Positions 28,243-38,469 of a stretch of DNA of 64,000 nt are shown one piece after another (positions within the stretch are counted from its first letter, which is position 1; each line of letters opens with the position of its first letter). A model generated the notes under the pieces. It was given only the letters and a program-made list of their open reading frames with translations. It was not told the origin of the DNA and made no database searches. The position numbers were made by a program, and so were the translations under genes. Source of the DNA: an uncultured Candidatus Rokubacteria bacterium (GTDB lineage: Bacteria; Methylomirabilota; Methylomirabilia; Rokubacteriales; CSP1-6); the NCBI GenBank assembly GCA_963721815.1, contig CAVRLO010000017.1, positions 1,438 through 65,437 of the forward strand, written 5' to 3'.

Positions 28243-29265
28243 ATGCGATTCGGCCTGTTCGGCAGTGCGTCGGCGAGGCGCGGTGGTGCGGAATTCGACA
28301 GCAGCGAGGGATTTCGTGATTTCATCGACTACAACGTCGAGGCGGAGGCGCTGGGCTTTCACAGCACGTTCGTCGTGGAGCACCACTTCACGGGCTACGG
28401 TCAAGTGTCGGCCACGCTCAATCTCCTGACCTGGGTCGGAGCGCGCACGCGCCGGCTGCGTCTCGGCACCGCTGTCATGGTGCTGCCATGGCACAACCCG
28501 GTGCTGCTGGCGGAACAGGCCGCGACGCTCGATCTCCTGTCCGGGGGCCGGCTCGATTTCGGGATCGGCAAGGGCTATCGGTACAACGAGTTCGCGGGCT
28601 TCCGCATGTCGATGGAGGAAGCCGACGCGAGGTTCGAGGAGTGCCTCGAGGTCCTGCTGAAGGCGTGGACCGCCGACGAGCCCTTCAGCCATCGGGGCAA
28701 GTACTGGGAGTTCGACAACATCGTGGTCGAACCGCCACCGGCACAGAAACCGCACCCGCAGATCTGGATGGGCGCGGGCAGCGAGCGCTCGATCCGCCAG
28801 GTCGCCGCCCACGGGTTCAACCTGCTCCTCGGGCAATACGCGTCGCTCACGAGCGTGGCCTCGCACATCGCCGCCTACAAGTCCGAGGTGGAGGCTCGTG
28901 GCCGCCGCTTCGACCCGATGCAGGTCGGGGTCACCCGCGCGTTTTTCGTGACCGACGCCGCCGAGGAACGAGAGGCGGCCCTGGAGCGCCGGCTGCAGAA
29001 TCGGGTCCGCCAGCTGAAGCTCGCCACCTGGCCCGACGGCACGGTGCTCGGCGGCCCGGACCGGGCCACCGGCGATCCCCGGACCATCAACGAGGCGAGC
29101 GCCATGTACGGCACTCCCGACGGCATCGCGAAAATACTCGACGAGCTGCGCAATGTCGGGGTCGGCTACGTCCTGATCAACGGCGGCGGCTCAGGGGGTG
29201 GCGCGCGCGGGCGCGAGAGCCTGCGCCGCTTCGCCCGCGACGTCATGCCGATGTTCGCCGAGTGA
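28243..29265 (+). CDS. LLM-class flavin-dependent oxidoreductase/monooxygenase
   Basis: 340 aa. ..GFHSTFVVEHHF..LRLGTAVMVLPWHNP..LDLLSGGRLDFGIGKGY... GGGAGAA Shine-Dalgarno. Confidence 0.9.
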   Translation: MRFGLFGSASARRGGAEFDSSEGFRDFIDYNVEAEALGFHSTFVVEHHFTGYGQVSATLNLLTWVGARTRRLRLGTAVMVLPWHNPVLLAEQAATLDLLSGGRLDFGIGKGYRYNEFAGFRMSMEEADARFEECLEVLLKAWTADEPFSHRGKYWEFDNIVVEPPPAQKPHPQIWMGAGSERSIRQVAAHGFNLLLGQYASLTSVASHIAAYKSEVEARGRRFDPMQVGVTRAFFVTDAAEEREAALERRLQNRVRQLKLATWPDGTVLGGPDRATGDPRTINEASAMYGTPDGIAKILDELRNVGVGYVLINGGGSGGGARGRESLRRFARDVMPMFAE

Positions 29266-29334
29266 GGGAAACGCTATCACGCGGTCCAGCCAATAGCGTC
29301 GAGCGCGTCAGCCGCGCGCGGAGGACGGGTCGCA

Positions 29335-30507
29335 ATGAGAAACGGTTACAAAGTCTACGACAGCGATACTCATGTCGGGCCATCGGCTGACACGCTCGAA
29401 AAGTATCTGTCGTCCCGGGTCCGCGAGCTGGTGCCGGATCTGAAAAGCCGCAAAGTGCCCCAGAGAAGGCATTCGGCGAGCATTGCGTACGACTCGCCGT
29501 ACCCGACGCGCTTCCGCCTCGGCAGCGGCGGGGCCGTTGGTGGCTGGGGAGCAGACGTCCCGCGCACGCTCGGCGAGGCGGAGCCGCGCGCCACGACGGG
29601 TGGGGCCTCTGGACGGTTCATGGGGAGCAAGGCTCCGAACCTCTTCAGCGATGACTGGGACGTCGACGGACGCATCCGTGACATGGACGAGGAGGGGGTT
29701 GACGTCCAGCTCCTGGTCAACAATGGCGGGCCGAGCGGGCACGAGAACCGTGAGGTCAACGTCGAGTTCATGCGGGCGCAACATCGCTTTCTGGGCGACT
29801 TCTGCGGCAAATACCCGCATCGGCTCAAGTCGATGATCAGCACGAACGCCAGCTACATCGAGGAATCGGTGGCGGAGATCAAACGCTGGAGCGGGTCACC
29901 ATGGGTGGTTGGTGTGTACGTCAACCTGCCGGTTGACCACCCGCTGGACCACCCCGACTTGCACCCGATCTGGCAGGCCGTGGACGAGGCGGGGCTGTGC
30001 TTCATCCACCATAGCTTCTCGCAGGGGTACCCGGGCTATCGCGACCTCTGGCACAACCCATTCCTTGGCCGCTCCGCGTCGCACCCCTGGGGCGCGATGC
30101 GGGCGATGGGCGCGTTCTTTGGCGCCGGTCTCCTGGATCGCTATGCCAATCTCCGCTTTGCGGTGCTGGAGTCGGGATTTGGCTGGATCCCGTTCTGGGC
30201 CGCTCGAATGGAGGACCAGGCGCACTACATGGGCTTCGTGGCCGACGGCCTGCAGCATACGATGCTGGAGTACACCACGGGCGGACGCTTCTTCGCCTCG
30301 ATCGTCCTGCACGAGGGCGGGAAGATGGTCAAGCTGGTCTCGGAGTACCTCGGCGAACACCTTCTCATGTTCAGCTCGGACTACCCGCACGCCGAGACGC
30401 GCTTCCCCGGTTCCGTCGACCTGGCGCTGAGCTGGCAGGAAGTCAACCCCGACCTGATGCGAAAGATCCTCTGGGACAACGCCGTCAAGGCCTTTGGGGA
30501 GCCCTAG
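29335..30507 (+). CDS. amidohydrolase_2 (ACMSD/LigW-type metal-dependent hydrolase/decarboxylase) family protein
   Basis: 390 aa. ..KVYDSDTHV..FIHHSF..FSSDYPHAE... GGAGGA Shine-Dalgarno. Confidence 0.9.
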   Translation: MRNGYKVYDSDTHVGPSADTLEKYLSSRVRELVPDLKSRKVPQRRHSASIAYDSPYPTRFRLGSGGAVGGWGADVPRTLGEAEPRATTGGASGRFMGSKAPNLFSDDWDVDGRIRDMDEEGVDVQLLVNNGGPSGHENREVNVEFMRAQHRFLGDFCGKYPHRLKSMISTNASYIEESVAEIKRWSGSPWVVGVYVNLPVDHPLDHPDLHPIWQAVDEAGLCFIHHSFSQGYPGYRDLWHNPFLGRSASHPWGAMRAMGAFFGAGLLDRYANLRFAVLESGFGWIPFWAARMEDQAHYMGFVADGLQHTMLEYTTGGRFFASIVLHEGGKMVKLVSEYLGEHLLMFSSDYPHAETRFPGSVDLALSWQEVNPDLMRKILWDNAVKAFGEP

Positions 30508-30923
30508 CCCCGCGCGGACGGTGGGCCGAAGACGGGGAGGTTGTACTCGCCGAACTTGTCGGTGGCATCCGTCCAGCGGAGCTCCAGGGTCATGCCTTCG
30601 CGGAGATCGGTCGGCTCGATGTTAACCGGGTAGGAGATGAAGAGCGGCCCTTCGGCGAGCTCGAGTGCCAGGACCGTGTGGGGCGGTGGATACTCCGGGA
30701 AGTAGCCGCGGCGGAACGTCGTCCAGGAGAGCACCTTCGCCGTGCCGCTGAGCGGGGACCACGCGAAATCGTCGGACAGGCAGCGGTCGCAGGTCGGGCC
30801 GGGTGGCCAGCGGAACTTCCCGCACGCCGAGCACTGCTGGAGACGCAGCTCCCTGTCCAGCGTGAAGGCCCAGAACTGCTCGGCGTACGGGTCCATCGCG
30901 CGAACCGGGCGGGCGGTGGCCAT
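30504..30923 (-). CDS. DUF35 OB-fold/zinc-ribbon protein (thiolase partner, BbsA/SCP-x accessory type)
   Basis: Start MATARPV at 30923. ..CSACGKFRWPPGPTCDRC.. zinc ribbon followed by an OB fold. Begins 2 nt after the thiolase stop. Confidence 0.85.
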   Translation of the reverse strand: MATARPVRAMDPYAEQFWAFTLDRELRLQQCSACGKFRWPPGPTCDRCLSDDFAWSPLSGTAKVLSWTTFRRGYFPEYPPPHTVLALELAEGPLFISYPVNIEPTDLREGMTLELRWTDATDKFGEYNLPVFGPPSARG

Positions 30924-30925
30924 CG

Positions 30926-32128
30926 TCACGCTCCCCTGGTGTAGATCAGGCTCTTGCACTTGCCGGCGACGTCGTGGACGTACTGCGCGACCTCGGCGCC
31001 CTGCACCTGGCGGTGTCCGAGACCGCCCCGCAGCTGGCGGACGAGCTCGGGCTGGTGGTTCCAGCTCTGCATGTAGCTCTCGGAGAGCATGCCGCCGCTC
31101 GTGTTGCACGGAAGATCGCCGCCGATCTCGATGCGGCCTCCCTGCACGAACGCGCCGGCCTCGCCCTCCTTGCAGAAGCCGAAGCCCTCGAGCGACGCGA
31201 GCAGGTGAACGCTGAAGCTGTCATAGGTGGCGAATACGTCGACGTCCTCGGGGGTCACGCCGGCCATCGGATAGGCCTGCGCCGCCACGTCGTGATGGGC
31301 GCCGTGATAGAAGGACTTCAAGCGCGGCCGCAGCTGCGTGGCGTCGACGTTCTCCTCGGACCACCCGAAGCCGCTCACCATGATCGGCCGTTGCTTGAGG
31401 TCTCTCGTCATGTCAGCGCGCCGCACGATGATCGCGACGCCGCCGTCGTTGATCAGACAGTAGTCGTAGAGCCGGAGCGGCTCGGCGATGTACCGCGCGT
31501 CGAGATAGTCCTGGATCGTGATGGGCGTCTGCATCACGGCGTTCGGGTTCAGGCACGCGTGCTTGCGGAAGGCCACCGCGACCGCCCCGAGCTGCTCCTC
31601 GGTGGTGCCGTAGAGCAGCTTGTGGCGCTGGAAGAACAGCGCGTAGAGCGCGCCCTGCGACGTCATGCCCCACGGGGCGTAATAGAAATACGAGGTGATG
31701 GCGCCGCCGGTCACCCGGGCGCCGCCGTAGGCCGTGTCCATCGAGCGCTGCGCGTTACCGTAGACCAGGGCGACGGTCGTGCAGAGCCCCGCGTTGATGG
31801 CCAGGGTCGCCTCGATGATGCATTGCGCGGCGTCGCCGCCGCCGCTCCAGCGCGGATTCAGGCCCCACTGCTCGCTGGCCCGCTCACCGGACAGGGTGCC
31901 CCCGGTGCACAGGCCGTCGATGTCGTCCTTCCTCAGGCCCGCGTCGTCCAGCGCCCGCTTCAGCGCCCTCGACGCCAGCGTGTACGAATCGTACCGGGCC
32001 TCACCCTTGCCCACGGCCTGGCCGCCTGCTCCCCGGTAGTCCTTCGCGTAATCGGTCTCACCCACACCGACGATCGCCACCGTATCTTTCAGCGGCGCGA
32101 GCCGTGCCCGGTCGAAGCTCACCGCCAT
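30926..32128 (-). CDS. thiolase-fold protein (SCP-x/lipid-transfer type, non-canonical acetyl-CoA acyltransferase)
   Basis: 400 aa. ..VAIVGVGETDYAKDY..C..NTSGGMLSE... GAGGAGGAA Shine-Dalgarno. Confidence 0.9.
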   Translation of the reverse strand: MAVSFDRARLAPLKDTVAIVGVGETDYAKDYRGAGGQAVGKGEARYDSYTLASRALKRALDDAGLRKDDIDGLCTGGTLSGERASEQWGLNPRWSGGGDAAQCIIEATLAINAGLCTTVALVYGNAQRSMDTAYGGARVTGGAITSYFYYAPWGMTSQGALYALFFQRHKLLYGTTEEQLGAVAVAFRKHACLNPNAVMQTPITIQDYLDARYIAEPLRLYDYCLINDGGVAIIVRRADMTRDLKQRPIMVSGFGWSEENVDATQLRPRLKSFYHGAHHDVAAQAYPMAGVTPEDVDVFATYDSFSVHLLASLEGFGFCKEGEAGAFVQGGRIEIGGDLPCNTSGGMLSESYMQSWNHQPELVRQLRGGLGHRQVQGAEVAQYVHDVAGKCKSLIYTRGA

Positions 32129-32161
32129 CGATTCCTCCTCTCGCGCATCCCGTTATCGCGG

Positions 32162-33493
32162 TCAAATCACCTTCTCTTGTTCGAGAGATATCATCTCCTC
32201 CTCGCTCAGGCCGAGGAGGTCGCCGTAGACGTAGCGGTTGTGCTCGCGCAAGAGCGGCCCCCGTCCGTGCACGAAGGCTGGCGTCCGTGAAAGCTTGACC
32301 GGATAGCCTTCGTACTCGAACTCGCCGATCTCGGGATGGTCGATGACGGGATGCATGTCGCGATGCTTCAGCTGCGGATCGTGCTCGACGCGGTCCTCGG
32401 CGCTCTGGACCACCGACGCGATGATCCCGGCCTCCTGGCACCGGCGCATGACGTCGTAGCGCCGTCGCGGCCTGACCCATCGGCCGACGATGGCGTCGAG
32501 CTCGTCCTGGTTGGCCACGCGCGCCTCGCCGGTCGCGAAGCGTGGATCCGCGCACAGCCACGGCTGGCCCATGAGGCGACAGAGCGACTCGAACTGCGGC
32601 TGCGTCTCGCAGGCGATGAAGACCCACCAGTCCTGCCCGACGCGATCCTTCCCTGAGCAGCGATAGGTATTGTGTGGCGCCACGGGTGGAAAGACGGATC
32701 GGTTACCTGGAGGGAAACCGGGCCGGCGCGTGGTCCGGCCGTTCACCTGGAAATCGAGCATGTACGTGCCGAGGAGCGACATCGCGCCTTCGGTGACGGC
32801 ATAGTCGACGTAGAACCCCTGGCCGGTCTTCCTGGCCTGGAGCAGGCCCATGATCAGGGCGAGGCCCCCCATCCAGCCGCCCATCACGTCCATGTAGGAG
32901 AAGCCCCAGCCCGCCGGCGGCATGCCGGGCAACCCGGACGCGAGCGACAGGCCGGACTGGGCGGCGGCGGTGGGCCCGAAGCTCCGGTAGGCCTTGTACG
33001 GGCCGGAGTGACCGAAGCCCGACGTGCTCATGTACACGACGCGCGGGTTGATCTCGTGGATGCGCTCCCAGGTGAGCCCCCAGCTCGGAAACACCTCACC
33101 GCTGAAGTTCTCGACGACCGCGTCCGAGATGCCGATGAGCCGCTTGGCCAGCTCGAGGCCCTTGGGATGGCGCGTGTTCAGGCTGATGGCCAGCTTGCCG
33201 TGGTGCAGGATCGTGAAGTACGGGGTGGCGTAGTAAGGCTTCTTGCCGTCGGCATGACCGCCGCCGTGCAGCGGCCCTGTGCCCTGCCCGGACGTGAACT
33301 CCTTCTGCGGGCCCTCGACGATCGGGCTTGGGTGGGCCGCGTAGCGGTGATCGTCCCAGGATCCGACGCGCTCGACGTGGATGACTTCGGCTCCAAAGTG
33401 CGTGAGCAGGCGCGGGGCCCACGGCCCGACGGTCTTCCACGTGAAATCGAGGATGCGGACTCCGCTGAGGATGCCGGCCGGCGGAGCGTTCAT
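32162..33493 (-). CDS. family III CoA-transferase, subunit 2 of a coupled pair
   Basis: Start MNAPPAGILSGVRILDFTWKTVGPWAPR at 33493 (ATGA overlap with the upstream gene). 443 aa. The 658-aa track ORF is a read-through. Confidence 0.9.
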   Translation of the reverse strand: MNAPPAGILSGVRILDFTWKTVGPWAPRLLTHFGAEVIHVERVGSWDDHRYAAHPSPIVEGPQKEFTSGQGTGPLHGGGHADGKKPYYATPYFTILHHGKLAISLNTRHPKGLELAKRLIGISDAVVENFSGEVFPSWGLTWERIHEINPRVVYMSTSGFGHSGPYKAYRSFGPTAAAQSGLSLASGLPGMPPAGWGFSYMDVMGGWMGGLALIMGLLQARKTGQGFYVDYAVTEGAMSLLGTYMLDFQVNGRTTRRPGFPPGNRSVFPPVAPHNTYRCSGKDRVGQDWWVFIACETQPQFESLCRLMGQPWLCADPRFATGEARVANQDELDAIVGRWVRPRRRYDVMRRCQEAGIIASVVQSAEDRVEHDPQLKHRDMHPVIDHPEIGEFEYEGYPVKLSRTPAFVHGRGPLLREHNRYVYGDLLGLSEEEMISLEQEKVI

Positions 33494-34728
33494 CGAATCA
33501 CCCCGGCGGCGGCCAGCGCATCGACTTGTGCGGCGGGAAGACCGAGATCGCCCTCCAAGACCTGCCTCGTGTGCTCCCCGAGATGAGGCGCTCGTCCTCG
33601 CGGCGCGATCGCGAGCGCGTCCGACATGTACGGGCCGCGTGGATAGGGAATGGCGCGGCCGATCTCCGGGTGCTCGACGGTGCGCCAGAAGTCGCGCTGC
33701 TGGTAGTGCCCGACGTCGTAGTTCTCCTCGGGTGCCCGGACGAGCCCCCACGAGATGCCGTACGACTGCGCGCGGGTGAAGACTTCCTCTCCCTTGCAGG
33801 CGGCGATCAGGCGACGGATGCCTTCGCGGACGGCGGTCCCCTGGCGATAGTCCGCGATCCGGACGGCTTCGTCGCGGTACTTCGGGTTGGTCAGCTCGCC
33901 GGCGACGCCCTTCTCCTCCATCCACTCGATCAGCTTCGCCCAGCCCTGGTCGCCGAAGGTCTGGTTCACCGCGATCACGTACATGCCGTCGGCCGTCGGC
34001 AGCTCGAGGTCCGGTTGCCGCCGCGCGGAGGCGTGCATACCCGTCTGCCGGTAGAGGGTCGCGCCGTTGTACAGCCACTCGGGCACCGCGGACTCTGTGC
34101 CGATCGAGCAGGCGTCGTGGATCGAGACGTCGATGCACTGACCCTCACCGGTCGTCATGCGGTCGAAGAGCGCCAGGGTAATGCCGTGCAGCGCGAAGAC
34201 GCAGCCCATGTGCCACGCCTGGTGACCCTGCCCACCGATCGGGGTGACGCTGGGATCGGAATATCCGCTGCTCGCCATGTGGCCGCCGAGCGCCAGGTGG
34301 GCGGCGTCGTTCATCTGGTAGTCGCGCCACGGGCCGTCCTGGCCGAAGTCGGTCAGCGACGTGTAGATGAGCGCGCGGTGGCCCGAGACGGAGCCGTAGT
34401 CGAGGCCGCACGGACGTAGCGTCCCCGGGAGCGTGCTTTCGAGGAAGATGTCCGCGCGCGCCACCAGTCGCCGGAGCAGATCCTGAGCCGGCTGACGCCC
34501 GATGTCGAGGGCCACGCTCTGCTTGCCGGTGTTGTACCACCAGTAGTCGAGACAGCGGTCGGGATCGACCTTGTCGTCGACGAAGGGCCCGCACCAGCGC
34601 CCCGGTCCGCCAGCGGGAGGCTCGATCTGGATCACCCGCGCGCCGCCGTCGGCGAGGAGCTTGCCCGCCCACTGGTTGCGGCGATCGGCCAGCTCGACCA
34701 CGGTGAGTCCGTCGTACACGCCACTCAT
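33490..34728 (-). CDS. family III CoA-transferase, subunit 1 of a coupled pair
   Basis: 412 aa. MSGVYDGLTVVELADRRNQWAGKLLADGGARVIQIE... GGGGAGACGGAG Shine-Dalgarno. Confidence 0.9.
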   Translation of the reverse strand: MSGVYDGLTVVELADRRNQWAGKLLADGGARVIQIEPPAGGPGRWCGPFVDDKVDPDRCLDYWWYNTGKQSVALDIGRQPAQDLLRRLVARADIFLESTLPGTLRPCGLDYGSVSGHRALIYTSLTDFGQDGPWRDYQMNDAAHLALGGHMASSGYSDPSVTPIGGQGHQAWHMGCVFALHGITLALFDRMTTGEGQCIDVSIHDACSIGTESAVPEWLYNGATLYRQTGMHASARRQPDLELPTADGMYVIAVNQTFGDQGWAKLIEWMEEKGVAGELTNPKYRDEAVRIADYRQGTAVREGIRRLIAACKGEEVFTRAQSYGISWGLVRAPEENYDVGHYQQRDFWRTVEHPEIGRAIPYPRGPYMSDALAIAPRGRAPHLGEHTRQVLEGDLGLPAAQVDALAAAGVIR

Positions 34729-34786
34729 CTCCGTCTCCCCTTCAGGATCGATGGAAGTAGCGACCTGCTCCCCGACGTTGCGCCAC

Positions 34787-34930
34787 TCAGGATGAGAGGA
34801 TCGGGGCAGTTGCCCGGTTAAGGGTCAGCTGCTCGAACTCCTGGGGCGGGACGTCGCCCAGGGCGCTGTGGGGTCGGACGGCATTGTAGTCCAAGCGCCA
34901 CGTCTCGATCGTCTCGAGCGCCTGGGATAT
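34787..34930 (-). mobile_element. IS3-family transposase (OrfB) C-terminal fragment
   Basis: ..ALETIETWRLDYNAVRPHSALGDVPPQEFEQ is the conserved tail of the rve-domain transposase. Nothing lies upstream in any frame. Confidence 0.75.
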
Positions 34931-35049
34931 CTTTATAAGATGCGGATGCGTATAGCTACCAACCGCGTCGCCTTCGGCGTAGTTGTCCGAATAGTCGGCC
35001 GCGCCGGAAGCTGGCGTGTGGCCCGAAGGAGGCACGGTAGAATCGGCCG

Positions 35050-35657
35050 ATGACGGCCGATTTCTTGCCCTTGCGGCTTCTCCTCTTGACCTTCGCTGGA
35101 TGGGTCAATCGCCACCAGCAACACGTGATCGACTACTTGATGGAGGAGAACCGCGTCCTTCGGGAGCAATTGAGGGGGCGGCGTGTCCGGTGGACTGACG
35201 ACCAGCGCGGCTGCCTCGCGGCGAAAGGCCAGCGACTCGGTCGGCAGGTTTTGAGACAGGTGGCGACTATCGTGACGCCAGACACGATCCTGCGTTGGTA
35301 CCGGCGGCTGATTGCCCAGAAGTGGACATCTGAGTGCCGGCGGCCTGGGCGTCCAGGACTCATGAAGGAGATCGCGTCGCTCATCATGAGGATGGCGACC
35401 GAGAATCCAGCCTGCCTAAGCGGAACGGTTCGTACGCTCGATTCGCGAGGAGTGCCTGGACCACCTGATCCTGTTCGGCGAACGGCGGCTACTGCACGTA
35501 CTCAAGGAGTTCGTGGTGCACTACCACGAGGAGCGGAATCATCAGGGCCTCGACAACGACTTGATTGCGCCGGCTCCCCGCGCGATCGGCAGCGCCCGAG
35601 TTCGTTGCCGCGAACGCTTGGGCGGCCTGTTGCGCTACTACTACCAGGCGGCGTGAG
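35050..35657 (+). mobile_element. IS481-like/integrase-core transposase remnant with the DDE core deleted
   Basis: N-terminus ..FAGWVNRHQQHVIDYLMEENRVLREQLRGRR..TIVTPDTILRWYRRLIAQKW..GRPGLMKEIASLIMRMATENPA joins directly, in a shifted frame, to the C-terminus AERFVRSIREECLDHLILFGERRLLHVLKEFVVHYHEERNHQGLDN..LGGLLRYYYQAA-stop. Confidence 0.8.
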
Positions 35658-35726
35658 CGTGGGACGAGGTTTTCGGACAGTACGGGGCGACGCTGGACGC
35701 AGGGTCGCCCAGCGCCGGGGTGGAGA

Positions 35727-36533
35727 CTAGCCGGGCCAGGCCTCTAGGGGGCCGGCGAAGCAGCCGAGCGACAGACACCTGACCCTCCCGGCCGCACCCA
35801 CGCTCGCGCGATCTTCGGCCGTGTTGTAGCCCCAATCGGCGAGGAACAGTCGGGCGCCGGCCAGCTCGGGCCGCGTCGCCGTTGCCTCGAGCGTCTCCAG
35901 CATGTCCTCCACGAACCACAGCCCCGTGCCGTCGGCACCGACGCCGTATTTGTCAGCCAGACGCCGCAGCGTGACAGGCTTGGGCACGGGCGCGCCGGGC
36001 TCGCGACCGATCACTGCGATCGCCGCGAGCCGCGGGTTCTGGGCGGCCATCAGCGCGCGCACGAACCGCTCGGCCTTGGTGGTGACGATCACCACGCGCG
36101 GTCCGCAATCGGCCAGCGACATCAGTCGCGCGACGATGCCCGGATAAAAATCATGGTGGCTCAACCACCCGTCCGGATCTCGCGCGAACCACTCGTCGCG
36201 AATGCGGTTGAGAGCCCGCCCCAGCGTCTCGGCCGATACCCCGGCGTCAGCCATGAGCCCCTTCGCGGTGGTCAGCCAGACGTGCCGGTTCGCGAGACTG
36301 GCCTCGCCGACGCCGGCCAGCAGCGCATGGAGCAGCAGCGGCATCTCCCATCCGCTCTCGATCAGCGGACGCAGCATGGAAAATTGCGCGGCCACATTGT
36401 CAGGACGGCCAGGCGTGAGCGCAGGCGGCGGCCAGGCTTCGACGTAGGCCCGCCACGCCGTCTCGAAGTATTCCGGGCGCCCGTCGCAGACCACACCATC
36501 GAAGTCGAGCGCCAGAAGCGTCGGTGCGATCAT
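35727..36533 (-). CDS. HAD-superfamily hydrolase
   Basis: Start MIAPTLLALDFDGVVCDG (DxDGV motif I). ..VVIVTTK.. (motif II/III region). 268 aa. Confidence 0.8.
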   Translation of the reverse strand: MIAPTLLALDFDGVVCDGRPEYFETAWRAYVEAWPPPALTPGRPDNVAAQFSMLRPLIESGWEMPLLLHALLAGVGEASLANRHVWLTTAKGLMADAGVSAETLGRALNRIRDEWFARDPDGWLSHHDFYPGIVARLMSLADCGPRVVIVTTKAERFVRALMAAQNPRLAAIAVIGREPGAPVPKPVTLRRLADKYGVGADGTGLWFVEDMLETLEATATRPELAGARLFLADWGYNTAEDRASVGAAGRVRCLSLGCFAGPLEAWPG

Positions 36534-36832
36534 CGTCCGGCGATTATACGGCCCGAAGTAACATACAGATTGAGGCAACCGGCGGCGAGGCACGGTGGGC
36601 CGAAACGGTGTCGAGAGGAAGCGCGATCTAAGGTCGATCTCTTACGACTGGTCCAGTCTCGGTCGGACCCTGGCGTGACGCGGGCTTGCAGCGGCGCATT
36701 GGGTTGATCGGATCTTGGGTTTTCCACAAGGGTTTTCCACCCAAAGGGTCGCTGGTCGCATCGGCTGCGTAAAACGTATCTCGGCCGCGCAGCTCGGCAT
36801 CGTCAACCGCGCGCGCGATGCGTGCCGCCCCG

Positions 36833-38215
36833 TCAGTCGAGACGGACCCTCGGACTGACCGACGTGTCGTTGCCGAGGTCGAGAAGTCGAGCTTCGCCGT
36901 CCGTTGTCGCTTTACTCCGAAGTCGCGCAAGCCGATCGCTCAGCAGTTCGACGTCGCGCACCGTGATCATCTGCTCGATCTGTCTTCCGAAGAACAGATC
37001 CAGCGTCCAGCCCACCATCACTCTGAGCTTCTTAGCAAGCCCAGGAAGCTTCGCCAGGTACACCGTCCGCCACAACCCCCAGGCGATGAACCCAGAAAAC
37101 TTCACCCCGAACACCATGGCCACGCCAGTGTGGCGGCCGATGCTGGCCAAGAGTCCCATCGCTCTGTACCGAAACGGCTTGAGCGCACGACCAGCAATCG
37201 CGGCCTCGATGTTTTTCGCGGCCGCCACGCCTTGCCGCAGACCGTGCTGTGCCGTCGGCGGACACAACGTGCCCGTCGTGACATCCGGTACTGCGGCGCA
37301 ATCGCCAGCCGCCCACAGCGCCGCTGACACCGGGAACAGCAAGGTATTCGTTGACGCGAAGGCGGCCCCGTTCTTTTTCGCATGGCAATGATGCGATGAC
37401 CGCACTAGGGTTTGACACCTGCTGTCCAGATGAGAGTCGACGCCGGGATCGACGTACCGTCAGCCAGCGTGACGATCGAGCCGTCGTAGCTGGCGACGCG
37501 CACACCTTTGACGACATCGACTCCCCGCTCCCGCAGCTTGCGCTCTGCGTAGAGGCCCAGCTCCTCGCCCAATTCAGGTAGCAGAAAGCTGTCGGGATGG
37601 ATGAGGACAACGCGAATGTCTGTTTCGGCAATCGACGGATAATACCCTGCCGTCTCACGGATAAAATCGTTGACGGCGCCCGTTGTTTCCACGCCAGCAA
37701 AGCCGCCGCCAGCAATGACGAACGTCAGCAACTGGCGACGAGCGAATTCGTCCGGTTGCAGCGCCGCCGTTTCCAGCAGTGCGACCATCGTGTTGTGGAG
37801 CAGGGCGGCGTCGCTCAGGCTCTTCATGGTTGCCGCCCAGTCGCGGACGCCGGCCATATCGAAGAAGTTCGGTTCCGAGCCGAGCGCGAGGAGCAAATGG
37901 TCGAACTCGAACTCACGCCGGACATCGCGAATTCCTGCCACGCACGAAACCTTTCTGGCGCGCAGGTCGATTGCGTCCACCTCGGCTTGGACGACCTTGA
38001 CGTGACGGAGAATGCGCCGGAGTGGATTGACAATATCGCTCGGATGTAGATCTCCCGCCGCGACTTCGTGGAGCATCGGCGTAAAGAAGATGAAATTCTC
38101 GCGGCTGATCAGCACCACCTCGGCGTCGCTTCGCCGCGCAAGGGTTTTGTCGAAGTACATTGCGGCATAAAGGCCGGCGAAGCCTCCGCCGACGATGACA
38201 ACTTTTGGTCTTCAT
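36833..38215 (-). pseudogene. ndh: type II NADH dehydrogenase (NDH-2), at least 3 frame changes
   Basis: MKTK + (frame change in an A4 run at 38203-38206) + VVIVGGGFAGLYAAMYFD... ..TLIWTAGVKP-stop at 37405, then SAVIASLPCEKERGRLRVNEYLAVPG in frame 2 and ALWAAGDCAAVPD..TAQHGLRQG.. in frame 3. GGAGGA Shine-Dalgarno at the start. Confidence 0.8.
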
Positions 38216-38469
38216 GAGTCCTCCGGTCGATATCGACGCCGGTTGCATCGAGGCTGCCAATGTGTGTCGGCGCAGCATCAGCGACTGCTGAGAGCAAGTG
38301 GACAACGTCGCGCGCTGATTCGTGCACATCGTGGTGCGCCAGCGCACGCCGCTGTGCGCTGGTGCACGCGTGCGGCTCGTGGATGTTGCGCGCGCGTGGG
38401 GGCTTCCTGCCTATAAGATCCCCTTGACACGGCGGCCGTCTGCGCGCACTACGTGGGGTCGCGAGAACG

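Noticed and set aside
28488-28506. TGGCAC..GTGCT and other TGGCAC occurrences (5231, 30050, 40101, 42927, 45739) as sigma-54 promoters for the local activator.
   Set aside because: All lie inside coding regions or have wrong GG-GC spacing or no TTGC element.
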